Virus record (IMG/VR): IMGVR_UViG_3300045988_183533
DNA length: 64,000 nt
Source: a virus
Reading direction: 5' to 3' (one strand)
Numbering within the stretch: position 1 is the stretch's first letter; the number at the start of each line of letters is the position of its first letter. The notes under the pieces are model-generated. The model saw only the letters and a program-made list of their open reading frames with translations, was not told the origin of the DNA and did no database searches. Both the position numbers and the translations under genes were made by a program. Of the stretch, positions 1 to 8,122 are shown one piece after another.

Positions 1-283
1 GTCAACGACAACATTCACATCCGGCGGCGCAATTTTAGCCAGACCATAGTTCAAGAAGAACGAGCCGGGAATGTCATCGACATCGCCCCAGTTCCAGCAA
101 CCACAGTTGATTTCAAGCTGTCGTTTGCCTTCGTCCGTCTTGAGATAATCTTTGATTGCGCCGCGCAGGACGCTTTCCGGGTCATGGATTTGCTCCGGAT
201 TATAGCTGAATTGCATCAGCGTGCATTCCGTTGTGGATAAGCCAATGGCCTCATTGGCAACAATTGTAAAAAGCTTTGTCATA
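1..283 (-). CDS. Hypothetical protein, 5' part only (gene continues beyond window start)
   Basis: Minus-strand ORF starts at ATG 283 (MTKLFTIVANEAIGLSTTECT...) with AGGAGG RBS 7 nt upstream (cctcct at 285-290). It runs off the window edge and is not in the supplied track because it is partial. Confidence 0.5.
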
Positions 284-304
284 GTAATCCTCCTCAATAA
301 ACAG

Positions 305-760
305 TCAGGCACAACGAACGCGAATGACATTATCATCATTCGACAAGCAAACAATCACGTCCACATCCGGTCCCTCTTTCTCAAGAGCACCTTCAAGGAT
401 TGGCTTTATTTTGTGCCATTGATTTTCTGTGATTTTGCAGCCGGGGCTCATAAGCAGAATATTTGCTTCGGCCAGCTTTGCTTTCATGACCACTTGCAGG
501 AAACAACCGTATAGGTATCCGTAATTCACCTTGTTACTTTCAAGACAAATCATATCTGCTATTACGGTCCTTTTATTGCCATAGCAGTTCACAACATGTC
601 CCAAGTGATGCTCAGATTTGTCATACCGTACCTTGGCATCCGGAAACATGCTTTCAATAAATTCGTTTTTGAAAACACCACTGCTATCACAAAAAACACA
701 AACGATATTTTTGCCGGAAAACTCCTGACTTGATAAACAGCTTTTTGTCTTTTTTATCAA
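305..760 (-). CDS. Hypothetical protein (151 aa), probable TTG start
   Basis: ORF-track ORF; TTG at 760 preceded by a GGA-rich RBS. An A-type promoter (866-897) lies about 100 nt upstream. Confidence 0.45.
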   Translation of the reverse strand: MIKKTKSCLSSQEFSGKNIVCVFCDSSGVFKNEFIESMFPDAKVRYDKSEHHLGHVVNCYGNKRTVIADMICLESNKVNYGYLYGCFLQVVMKAKLAEANILLMSPGCKITENQWHKIKPILEGALEKEGPDVDVIVCLSNDDNVIRVRCA

Positions 761-865
761 TTCTTCTTCATCATCCTTTCGGCGATAACAAAAAATACCG
801 CCACCTCTTACGAGATAGCGGTATGTTGATTTTGAATTGTAATTGTATTTTATCTATCGAATATA

Positions 866-897
866 CTTAGTATATCGATTTTGCAGCAATTTGCAAG
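866..897 (-). promoter_or_regulatory. A-type sigmaA promoter-like element, copy a (TTGCAA-N16-TATACT read on the minus strand) with palindromic core TTGCAgcaatTTGCAA
   Basis: -35 at 891-896, -10 at 869-874, spacer 16. One of six copies of a conserved ~60-bp element. Confidence 0.5.
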
Positions 898-953
898 CGC
901 AGCTATTTAGTGGCGCTTCAACTTTTTCCGGGGGTTTTATTTTTTCGCTTTAC

Positions 954-1751
954 TTACAGCAAACTCATCTCTGCACGATATGCATCGGCATCGTAGCCCC
1001 AGATATTACAAGCAAAATCGATTGCTGCGTTACCTTCGCTGGGATAACCGTCGTCAACAAAATCTCCTTTGCAAAGCGCATACCAACCACAATTACTTCC
1101 GATATCCTCATCCGCATATTCTACACGAATATTGGCGTGTGGAAATTTACGGCTCAGTTCGACAATGGCGCATGTAGGCGTATTCCAAGGAGTCTTAAAG
1201 TTAACAGTGATTTCCGTATCATTTGTTCTACGGATACTCACATCGAAGACATCCCACTTTACGCCCCAATTTGCGACACGCCAATAATACCACGAGGCAT
1301 ATCCATAGCTTACGGCGTTTTCCAATGTACGTTCCGCCACAGCGTCGAACTCCTCGATATTATAGGGGATACGTTTCAGGTTGATGAGTTTGCTATCTTT
1401 CACATGTTCCAGTTTGGAGCGAGCTTCCGCAGCTTCCTTGCAAACACCAACCATATCTGATGCAGTAAGTTTTTCCTTCCTGTGCAGGAGAAAAGTTTCT
1501 CTGCAAATAGCCTTTCTTACGTTTTCCGGATACTTCTCCGGGTCAATTCCGTATTTATTTACGGCCGCCCATGCGAGCATCCTGTCACATGGCGATACGA
1601 TTTGCAGTGATTCCGGCATAGGAACAACAGACTGAAGCGAAAAATCTTTTTCGCCATCATCGTCTTTTCCCTTGACACGATTCAGAAAATCCTCCAACTC
1701 TGCCTGAGAATTGAAAGAAACAAACATGATATTCATGATATTGTTTGCCAT
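954..1751 (-). CDS. Conserved hypothetical protein (265 aa) with W-rich motif (YGYASWYYWRVANWGVKWDV); possibly DUF1281/Api92-like
   Basis: Long ORF with ATG start; family assignment is from motif recall only. Confidence 0.55.
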   Translation of the reverse strand: MANNIMNIMFVSFNSQAELEDFLNRVKGKDDDGEKDFSLQSVVPMPESLQIVSPCDRMLAWAAVNKYGIDPEKYPENVRKAICRETFLLHRKEKLTASDMVGVCKEAAEARSKLEHVKDSKLINLKRIPYNIEEFDAVAERTLENAVSYGYASWYYWRVANWGVKWDVFDVSIRRTNDTEITVNFKTPWNTPTCAIVELSRKFPHANIRVEYADEDIGSNCGWYALCKGDFVDDGYPSEGNAAIDFACNIWGYDADAYRAEMSLL

Positions 1752-1768
1752 TTATTTTCTCCTTTGTC

Positions 1769-1957
1769 TTACGCGGGTACGCGTACGCAAGAATAGTGGC
1801 AAGCTCCACAATTCAGGAACTTTGCCCGCTTCATCGCCTCATCCAAGCTGAACCGCGTCGCTTCGTTAATGTTGGCAGTATCACTCTTACACTCTACGTA
1901 AAAACGCACATCTCCAAAAAACGGGTCTTTACGGCTTAGCGCATACATATTTTCCAA
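1769..1957 (-). CDS. Small Cys-containing protein (62 aa; CGACHYSC)
   Basis: TTG start at 1957 with AGGAGG RBS (1965-1970). This is the intact copy of a duplicated cassette. Confidence 0.45.
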   Translation of the reverse strand: MENMYALSRKDPFFGDVRFYVECKSDTANINEATRFSLDEAMKRAKFLNCGACHYSCVRVPA

Positions 1958-1984
1958 AATAAGTCCTCCTCAAATATACTTCTC

Positions 1985-2065
1985 TCAGAACTTCTCGAAT
2001 TCCTCGCTCGGCATCTGTGCTTCCGCTTCATCCAGCAGTCTTTTGTAGGAATCGCTGGAAACATT
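1985..2065 (-). pseudogene. 3' fragment (about 27 codons, ...VSSDSYKRLLDEAEAQMPSEEFEKF*) of a paralog of the 2554..3294 gene
   Basis: About 85% nucleotide identity to 2556-2640. It has no start codon and is preceded by in-frame stops. Confidence 0.5.
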
Positions 2066-2094
2066 TCCTTTCCTTATTAGGGTATTTATTTTCG

Positions 2095-2436
2095 TCAAAT
2101 GATAACGGCTTCCAATGCTACAGCACCAGACCCAATTTCATCAGCAACTTTTGATGCTGTTGCAAAATCGTGGTGAGCATATGGCCCTTGCGAATCCATA
2201 TAAGTGACTCGGTAGGCATAATCTGGCTCAAATGATGGGCTTACAATAATGTAAATACCAGTATTTAACTGATATGTGATGGCATCAGCTTTTTCGATTT
2301 GAGCGATGATTTCCTTTCGACGCTTAGCTTCCGACTGCAAGTATTCAGATGCTGCCTCTTTAATAGGGTCACAAAGGAAAATATCGTCTGGATTACCCGT
2401 AATCGGGGGTAGGTCACCCGGATAATAGGATATCAT
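2095..2436 (-). CDS. Hypothetical protein (113 aa), inserted between the two cassette copies
   Basis: ATG 2436 with GGAG RBS; sits exactly between the duplicated segments. Confidence 0.55.
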   Translation of the reverse strand: MISYYPGDLPPITGNPDDIFLCDPIKEAASEYLQSEAKRRKEIIAQIEKADAITYQLNTGIYIIVSPSFEPDYAYRVTYMDSQGPYAHHDFATASKVADEIGSGAVALEAVII

Positions 2437-2505
2437 GCTTTCATCTCCTTCTTTTTGTCTTCAGCGATGACTTTTTGGAACACGTTAATGTTGGTAGTAT
2501 CGCTC

Positions 2506-2541
2506 TTACGCTTTACGGCTCAACACATACATATTTTCCAA
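2506..2541 (-). pseudogene. Truncated second copy of the small Cys ORF (MENMYVLSRKA*), cut short by an approximately 36-nt deletion
   Basis: Same AGGAGG-TTG start context as 1957 and identical first 5 codons. The deletion relative to the 1769..1957 copy creates a stop. Confidence 0.4.
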
Positions 2542-2553
2542 AATAAGTCCTCC

Positions 2554-3294
2554 TCAAATGTACCTCTCCCAGAACTTTTCGAATTCCTCGCTTGGCATCT
2601 GTGCTTCCGTTTCATCCAACAGTCTTTCGTAAGAATCACTGGAAACATCGGTGCCAATAAAATCGGCAACGGCATCATGACCGCGCTGCATCAAGGCGTC
2701 TTTCAGAATCGCCCAACGACATTCGTGAATGGCATCATCCAGCGTTTTGTTGCCAGCAGGCTGCCAATACTCGTCTGTCTGCTGAATTCGATAAAACTCA
2801 TCCAGCGCATCATCAACATTGTTTTCGCTAAGAATATCGTCAATAAAATTGACAGGATAATCCTTGCCGTTGATTTCCACTTCTGCATAACTGAAACAGT
2901 CGTCATCACACGGCATTGCTGCACAGGTGACATCGAAAATTTCGTGCGTTTCCTTGTTTACCTTGCAAGGCAACTGGAACGTTGCTCCTGACTCGAAGTA
3001 AGAAAAGACGACCGCTTCCTCAACATCGTTGTCGGGGCATTTCGCAGACTGGATGAATTCCGGCATAGACAGCACATCAATACTCTCTCTTCGGTCGCCC
3101 ATGGCAGGATAAACCTTCATGATTGTATAACCATCATGCTGCAGCTTTCGGATAGCACGGCACAGGTCGAGATGCATTTCATGAAGACTGATGTCACTGC
3201 CTCGCCCGTCTTTTTTGGTATAGATTTCGACAACTACATCTTCAGAGGTGGTCTGAACAACATAATAGGTCTTATCATTACAAATCTTAAACAT
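2554..3294 (-). CDS. Hypothetical acidic protein (about 246 aa)
   Basis: ATG at 3294 with GGGAG RBS is preferred over the track TTG at 3315. Its C-terminus is duplicated as the fragment at 1985-2065. Confidence 0.6.
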   Translation of the reverse strand: MFKICNDKTYYVVQTTSEDVVVEIYTKKDGRGSDISLHEMHLDLCRAIRKLQHDGYTIMKVYPAMGDRRESIDVLSMPEFIQSAKCPDNDVEEAVVFSYFESGATFQLPCKVNKETHEIFDVTCAAMPCDDDCFSYAEVEINGKDYPVNFIDDILSENNVDDALDEFYRIQQTDEYWQPAGNKTLDDAIHECRWAILKDALMQRGHDAVADFIGTDVSSDSYERLLDETEAQMPSEEFEKFWERYI

Positions 3295-3315
3295 AGCACT
3301 TATCTCCCTTCTCAA

Positions 3316-3513
3316 TCAAACAAAAGCCAGAAAATCGTTGGCCGGAATCTGTCGCTGAGCATCGTAAGCGGTGCCGTAGACATCATCACCCCAACTGATT
3401 TGCACATCCTTCGTCCACAGAGCAAGCTCGGACATTTTTGCTGCCACGGCTTTTGCGGAGCTGCAGATATACTTCTTGACGGCGTTGTTTTCTTTTACGT
3501 TAATTGTAAACAT
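3316..3513 (-). CDS. Small hypothetical protein (65 aa)
   Basis: ATG 3513 with perfect AGGAGG RBS. The track's N-terminal extension would run through a terminator hairpin, so it is rejected. Confidence 0.5.
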   Translation of the reverse strand: MFTINVKENNAVKKYICSSAKAVAAKMSELALWTKDVQISWGDDVYGTAYDAQRQIPANDFLAFV

Positions 3514-3533
3514 TTCAATTTCCTCCTTAACAC

Positions 3534-3567
3534 AACAAAAAAACAGCCATCTCGATTGAGATGGCTG
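3534..3567 (-). terminator. Rho-independent terminator (10-bp stem CAGCCATCTC/GAGATGGCTG, T7 run)
   Basis: Hairpin plus T-run on the minus strand, lying between A-promoter copy b and the RBS of the 3316..3513 gene. Confidence 0.6.
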
Positions 3568-3629
3568 CACGAACAGATTTTGAACTAAAACAAGTCAAGG
3601 AATTGATACTTTGATTTATCTTAGTTTCT

Positions 3630-3660
3630 TAATTATATCTACTTTGCAGCAATTGACAAG
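3630..3660 (-). promoter_or_regulatory. A-type promoter-like element, copy b (TTGTCA-N16-TATAAT)
   Basis: -35 at 3654-3659, -10 at 3632-3637. Confidence 0.5.
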
Positions 3661-3689
3661 ATAGCCACAACAGGAATGCAACATCGTAT

Positions 3690-3911
3690 TCACGGTACTT
3701 TTTCAACGACATCTTCACCGTAAACCACGAACAGACCAGAGCCGTTATCCCAGCGAACCATGATACTGCCGGTATCGTCTATACCTGAAACTGTGCCGAG
3801 TGTTCCAATAGGCGGAGCCTGAATATCATCCATTTTCAGCAGTTTCACGCGTGTTCCGGCTGGATATTCGGCACGGAGCGCAGCAACGATTTCTCGATTT
3901 GGAAAAATCAT
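3690..3911 (-). CDS. DUF4314 family protein (73 aa)
   Basis: PGTRVKL...MDD..AP.P.GT.GTV..IDD.G.I.V.WDNG.S pattern typical of DUF4314, a family common on Firmicutes mobile elements. GAGGTG RBS. Confidence 0.6.
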   Translation of the reverse strand: MIFPNREIVAALRAEYPAGTRVKLLKMDDIQAPPIGTLGTVSGIDDTGSIMVRWDNGSGLFVVYGEDVVEKVP

Positions 3912-3927
3912 AAATACACCTCGCCTC

Positions 3928-4476
3928 TTAGTATGTCACGGTGTCAAAGAACTCCTGACATTCCTCATCGTTCAACACAACACCAAAGTAGGCAACACGC
4001 TCGACGGTGGTTTCCCACACCTTAACGGTACGCGTCATAGGCTGAACGACCCACGAATGCTGTCGCCAAAGGCCATCTTCACTCAGGGCATATCCGGTCG
4101 CAATCTGACATCTGCCACGATTTGCATCCCACAGATAAGCAGCGTTCTGATGGCAACGACAATCTTCGCCCTTCTTCATGTACCTGGAGTTATAAAAAAA
4201 CTGTCCTCGTTCCAGCACTTTCTCCGCATCTTCGTCACGAGTATTGAGCAAAACCTCATCGCCACCGAAAGTTAAAATTCTGTCACGCAGAGCACGCAAA
4301 GTCTTTTTCATTTCGTTTGTGAGCCAAGGCGCGGTGGCGTCCTCGTTGTACAGCTGCATTGCCTCTACTCGTTTTTTCCATTCCTTATCCATTGGATTCC
4401 AGCGGACAGGGTTCGCAACCATATCAGGAGAGGTCATGGGCGTTTTGGCATTCCAACTAAATTTCTTATTTGCCAT
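3928..4476 (-). CDS. Hypothetical protein (about 182 aa)
   Basis: ATG 4476 with AAAGGAG RBS is preferred over the track start at 4497. Confidence 0.55.
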   Translation of the reverse strand: MANKKFSWNAKTPMTSPDMVANPVRWNPMDKEWKKRVEAMQLYNEDATAPWLTNEMKKTLRALRDRILTFGGDEVLLNTRDEDAEKVLERGQFFYNSRYMKKGEDCRCHQNAAYLWDANRGRCQIATGYALSEDGLWRQHSWVVQPMTRTVKVWETTVERVAYFGVVLNDEECQEFFDTVTY

Positions 4477-4490
4477 TATAATACTCCTTT

Positions 4491-4532
4491 TCAACAAAAC
4501 CGCTTACCTTTTTCAGGTAAGCGGTTATATTT
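4491..4532. terminator. Bidirectional hairpin terminator (CCGCTTACC/GGTAAGCGG with flanking T/A runs)
   Basis: 9-bp stem with T-rich runs on both sides. Confidence 0.5.
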
Positions 4533-4535
4533 TGA

Positions 4536-5189
4536 TTATGCGAGCATGGGATATATTTCTTTCTTTACCGCCCTCATAAGAGCGGCAGCATGTGCAGCGT
4601 TTTGTGCATTGCCAACACCTGCGCGAGATATTTTTGGATTCACACGCTCAATGAAATTTTTCTTATACGGGGCAGAAATGCTCCTTGCAGCATCGATAAT
4701 CTGTTTCATGTTTTCAGCGTCGATTTTTTGCTGAACGCATAATTCTTGTAACCGTGTGCAAAAAGCGTCTTTGTTGTCCCGTACAGAAGTAGAATGATTT
4801 TTTGTTTCTTTATGTGGGATGACTGCCTCACAGGCTATCCGTTTAACGCTTAACCATTTACTGCACATGGTCTGAATAAGCCCGTCATATCCCTTGTCTG
4901 CCGACACGATGATATAATTACTTTTCTTTCCTGTTGTGCAAAGACTACCAAGTTTAGCAACAACGTGGAAATCCATGCTGTTTTTCCCTGCATTGGAGAC
5001 GCAGAACTCTACTTGGTTGACTGGGTACTTTGCCAGAAAAACCTGCAATTCTTTAAGTGACATGTATGTGGCTTCCGGACCGATGAAGATAATCAGCTTG
5101 TCCTTTTTGGTTTTAAAATGCACTACATTTAGCCATTTCTTTTGGACATTCTCGGTATCTATCAGCCAAATGGTTCGAGTGCAGCTCAC
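4536..5189 (-). CDS. NYN-domain (LabA/PIN-like) putative nuclease
   Basis: IWLIDTENV ... NYIIVSADKGYDGLI motifs resemble the NYN D-x-E-N and SxD acidic clusters. Start is uncertain: GTG at about 5189 after GGGGGTGA. Confidence 0.5.
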   Translation of the reverse strand: MSCTRTIWLIDTENVQKKWLNVVHFKTKKDKLIIFIGPEATYMSLKELQVFLAKYPVNQVEFCVSNAGKNSMDFHVVAKLGSLCTTGKKSNYIIVSADKGYDGLIQTMCSKWLSVKRIACEAVIPHKETKNHSTSVRDNKDAFCTRLQELCVQQKIDAENMKQIIDAARSISAPYKKNFIERVNPKISRAGVGNAQNAAHAAALMRAVKKEIYPMLA

Positions 5190-5194
5190 ACATT

Positions 5195-5491
5195 TCACCC
5201 CCACACTTCGGTGACTTTTCTGGGGATTCCGTGCTTGTCGATACACTGCCGGTAAATTGTAAACTTACTGTTCGGGTGCGCCTTCATATAGTCAGCGCGT
5301 GCCGCGTCCGTGTTCGCAATCAGCAGATTTTTATCAGCAATAAGAACGCTTTCCCATCCGGAATCGAGAAGCGTACTGGCAACATCCTTGAAAGATACGT
5401 CTGCAGGCGTGTCGCACTTACAAACCCCTCGTGCGATAGGATGCGCAGTGGCAATGATTTTTGCTGCCGTTATCACAGTCTCGTAACTCAT
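5195..5491 (-). CDS. Hypothetical protein (98 aa)
   Basis: ORF-track ORF in an operon with neighbouring genes. Confidence 0.5.
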   Translation of the reverse strand: MSYETVITAAKIIATAHPIARGVCKCDTPADVSFKDVASTLLDSGWESVLIADKNLLIANTDAARADYMKAHPNSKFTIYRQCIDKHGIPRKVTEVWG

Positions 5492-5503
5492 AGTGTCCTC
5501 CTA

Positions 5504-5761
5504 TCACGCCACCTCGAAATACTTTTCGACATCGCTGTTGATAGAACGCGCAGGAACACCCTTGGTCTTCTCACTGTAGTAGCCACGCTTTTTCAGCGTG
5601 TTCTTAACAATAGAAATGCTCTTGTCGCTGCGCATGGTACGCTTTCTCTTTTCGATGCGTGCAGAACGAATGCGCTTTTCGTACTTCTGCATACGAACAG
5701 CGTCCATAATGATAGGAGCAGTAGTCTCCGCGACATACTCGTTAAAAGTTTTCATATTCAC
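5504..5761 (-). CDS. Small basic hypothetical protein (85 aa)
   Basis: ATG 5761 with GGAGGA RBS. Confidence 0.5.
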   Translation of the reverse strand: MNMKTFNEYVAETTAPIIMDAVRMQKYEKRIRSARIEKRKRTMRSDKSISIVKNTLKKRGYYSEKTKGVPARSINSDVEKYFEVA

Positions 5762-5785
5762 ATATCCTCCGTAATATATTATTTT

Positions 5786-5830
5786 TCTAAATAAAAAAGG
5801 CAGCTATTTTCTCAAAAATAGCTGCCTTTA
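5786..5830 (-). terminator. Rho-independent terminator (14-bp stem AAGGCAGCTATTTT, T-run)
   Basis: Strong hairpin plus TTTTTTATTT on the minus strand, downstream of A-promoter copy c. Confidence 0.65.
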
Positions 5831-5915
5831 GTACATTGTGATTGGCGATAATTCAATCATACACGCCCATAAAACTCTGGTACGATGCATTGTGTGATTT
5901 TATTTATCGGATAAC

Positions 5916-5947
5916 TATATATTATTAACTTTGCAGCAATTTGCAAG
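5916..5947 (-). promoter_or_regulatory. A-type promoter-like element, copy c (TTGCAA-N16-TAATAT)
   Basis: -35 at 5941-5946, -10 at 5919-5924. Confidence 0.5.
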
Positions 5948-6002
5948 TACAGGATACAATAAAAAGCGCCTCCCATATTACGGGGAAGCGCCTTAGTGTT
6001 AT

Positions 6003-6602
6003 TTATTCTTTGTTGTCCGAAGAAATTTTCGGAGACTTCTTCTTCTCAACGAAAGCATCAATCGTTCGGCCGAAACGATTAAGAAGCATTGCGCCAAGAT
6101 AAAGAATGATGCCGCTAATCATGATACCAACATCAAGCGTCTCAAATCCTGCAAAACTCTTGCAATAAATAGAACTAACTGCGAGAGCGCCAAGCGTTGG
6201 CAGCGAAGCAATCGTTACCGTAAGTGCCGCATACACAACACTATTCAGAACAGTACCAATACTTGCAATGATGCCGCGCTTTTTAAAAGTGCGCTGCTTA
6301 TCGTAGGACATCTGATAAGCCCCGATAAGACTTGGTTCACGAATAATGTCGCGCAGATGCAGCAGACACCACGCCAAAACAGCACACCCGATGCCGCAGC
6401 CGACCTTATAGGCGCTCATGCGAGAACCCAACAGGTCATTTGCGTTGACGGGAACGATGAACGCCAGAATGTTGAACAGGACGGCAAACAAGACGAACAT
6501 TGCCATGTGGGGATTCTTGGCAGTGTTGCGAGCCTCGTTCTTTGCCTTACTTGCGACTTCCTCGGTCTGATTGTGAATTTTCACATTGAGAATCTTTTCC
6601 AT
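6003..6602 (-). CDS. Integral membrane protein (199 aa, 4-5 TM)
   Basis: Hydrophobic segments with ATG start. Confidence 0.55.
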   Translation of the reverse strand: MEKILNVKIHNQTEEVASKAKNEARNTAKNPHMAMFVLFAVLFNILAFIVPVNANDLLGSRMSAYKVGCGIGCAVLAWCLLHLRDIIREPSLIGAYQMSYDKQRTFKKRGIIASIGTVLNSVVYAALTVTIASLPTLGALAVSSIYCKSFAGFETLDVGIMISGIILYLGAMLLNRFGRTIDAFVEKKKSPKISSDNKE

Positions 6603-6649
6603 TTTTTACCTTTCCTTTCGTGCGAACGATTTAGTTATAAATCGTTTTT

Positions 6650-6961
6650 TTAGTCGTGATAGCGGTGCGAAATACCGTATATGATTGCGAGCGCTAATGC
6701 AATGTAGATATAAAGATATCCCTTCTCAATCATGTTCAGAATCGCAATAGTTAAGTACGAAAAAGCACCGCAAGAAGAAGCGGCACTCATTTTGCCGAAA
6801 AAGAACATCACCATCTGGGAAGCGATTGCTGCAGGAATGGTAATCTGGAAGCACCAAGCCTCAATGATTCCGTTCCAGTCGAGAGCGGCGATGAAGCTGA
6901 CTCCCATGGCAAAAGTCCATAAAAACGCGGCAACGAGAACGATACTGTCAAACACATTCAT
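6650..6961 (-). CDS. Small membrane protein (about 103 aa, 3 TM)
   Basis: ATG 6961 with GGAGG RBS is preferred over the track start at 6976. Confidence 0.55.
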   Translation of the reverse strand: MNVFDSIVLVAAFLWTFAMGVSFIAALDWNGIIEAWCFQITIPAAIASQMVMFFFGKMSAASSCGAFSYLTIAILNMIEKGYLYIYIALALAIIYGISHRYHD

Positions 6962-7011
6962 AGTAAATACCTCCATAATTTAAAGAGTTGTAAACATCGG
7001 ACATCTATATA

Positions 7012-7053
7012 AACAGCAAAAAGCCGCCGATGGAACAATCCATTGGCGGCTCA
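7012..7053 (-). terminator. Rho-independent terminator (12-bp stem AGCCGCCGATGG)
   Basis: Hairpin plus TTTTTGCTGTTT on the minus strand. Confidence 0.6.
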
Positions 7054-7102
7054 GTTGCCGATTGCAATAATACAGTTAAATCATTTGATTTATGTTATGT
7101 TT

Positions 7103-7133
7103 CAATTATATTAACTTCGCAGCATAATGCAAG
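7103..7133 (-). promoter_or_regulatory. A-type promoter-like element, copy d (TTGCAT-N16-TATAAT)
   Basis: -35 at 7127-7132, -10 at 7105-7110. It directly abuts the sortase stop codon. Confidence 0.5.
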
Positions 7134-7139
7134 TGTTTT

Positions 7140-8111
7140 TTAAAAAACCTGGTCAAGCTTTGCGCATACGATAAAACGAGTATCGTAATTATCACTGCCG
7201 GAACAGGTAGACAAAATCAAAACCTTATCATTCAATCCAACTTCTGTGGCGTACTGATTGTAAGAATAAGCTTTCATACTTGCAATCTCTGTCAGGAAAT
7301 ACGAATCGTCCGGATTCGCAATGGTATAACTTGGGTCAATAGGATAATCGGCAACAGCAAAGATTTTCCATCGTGTCTGCTGTTCACCCAAGGTAAGATA
7401 AATATACCGATGTTCCTTTGCAAAGTTGACATCGCGAAAGTATTTCAAAACACTGAATTTCTTGTGCATACTATTTCCGTTGCTATGTCCAAAAATAACA
7501 GTTACTCTGTACATATCGTCAACATTGCTGACATTCCATTCGGAAGGAACAAAATAAGCGCCCCAGATACTTTCCCTATCGAACTCATTGTGAGTCAGGT
7601 AATAATCATCGTCTGTGGGATGCTGCAAAATGGGCTCATCTGTAACATCAACGCCGGGAACGGTTAAGTAACCAATGGTGTTTTTGGAATACGCTGGCTT
7701 TGGTGTCGGTTCCGGTTCTGAATCACTCTCACTTGAATTAGAAGACGGGATAAGAATCGAGGGAGTAGAGACGGGTTCTTCTACATCGTCGGAGATGTTT
7801 CCTGTCTCATATGCAGGGATATGATAGTAATCATACGCCTTCCATCCAATATAGCCAATCATGGCAATAAGAACGATGCAAATTACGACCAACAAAACTG
7901 TCCAGATGGAAAATCGCCGTTTCTCTTTGTCCTCTGACGCGTCCATCGCATCCATCGATTCATTGTCATCCTCGTCATGACTTGCCTTTTGATGAGGGAA
8001 GTTTTCACCAGTTCCATCATCCTCATCATTTGGAATGTAATTGTACGCACCAAGTTCCTGCTCGAAATGTTCTTCTTCAGGCAGTGGTGGAATAATAGGT
8101 GTTTTTGCCAT
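7140..8111 (-). CDS. srtB: Sortase-family transpeptidase, class B-like (323 aa; N-terminal acidic tail, one TM, catalytic domain)
   Basis: Catalytic motifs VIFGHS (His), LILSTCS (TLxTC Cys) and downstream TRF (Arg). Start has an AAGGTGA RBS. Confidence 0.75.
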   Translation of the reverse strand: MAKTPIIPPLPEEEHFEQELGAYNYIPNDEDDGTGENFPHQKASHDEDDNESMDAMDASEDKEKRRFSIWTVLLVVICIVLIAMIGYIGWKAYDYYHIPAYETGNISDDVEEPVSTPSILIPSSNSSESDSEPEPTPKPAYSKNTIGYLTVPGVDVTDEPILQHPTDDDYYLTHNEFDRESIWGAYFVPSEWNVSNVDDMYRVTVIFGHSNGNSMHKKFSVLKYFRDVNFAKEHRYIYLTLGEQQTRWKIFAVADYPIDPSYTIANPDDSYFLTEIASMKAYSYNQYATEVGLNDKVLILSTCSGSDNYDTRFIVCAKLDQVF

Positions 8112-8122
8112 AATACATCACC

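Noticed and set aside
866-900. Reading the A-type motif as a plus-strand promoter, since the TTGCA...TGCAA core is palindromic
   Set aside because: On the plus strand no consistently spaced -10 hexamer follows the core. On the minus strand all six copies have a 16-nt spacer and a TATAAT-like -10, matching the orientation of all nearby genes.
3534-3567. Riboswitch or T-box between A-type promoters and downstream genes
   Set aside because: The leaders are short (45-110 nt), AT-rich and lack conserved aptamer features; only a shared ATAAATCAAA box plus a terminator hairpin is present. They are reported instead as possible short RNAs or attenuators.
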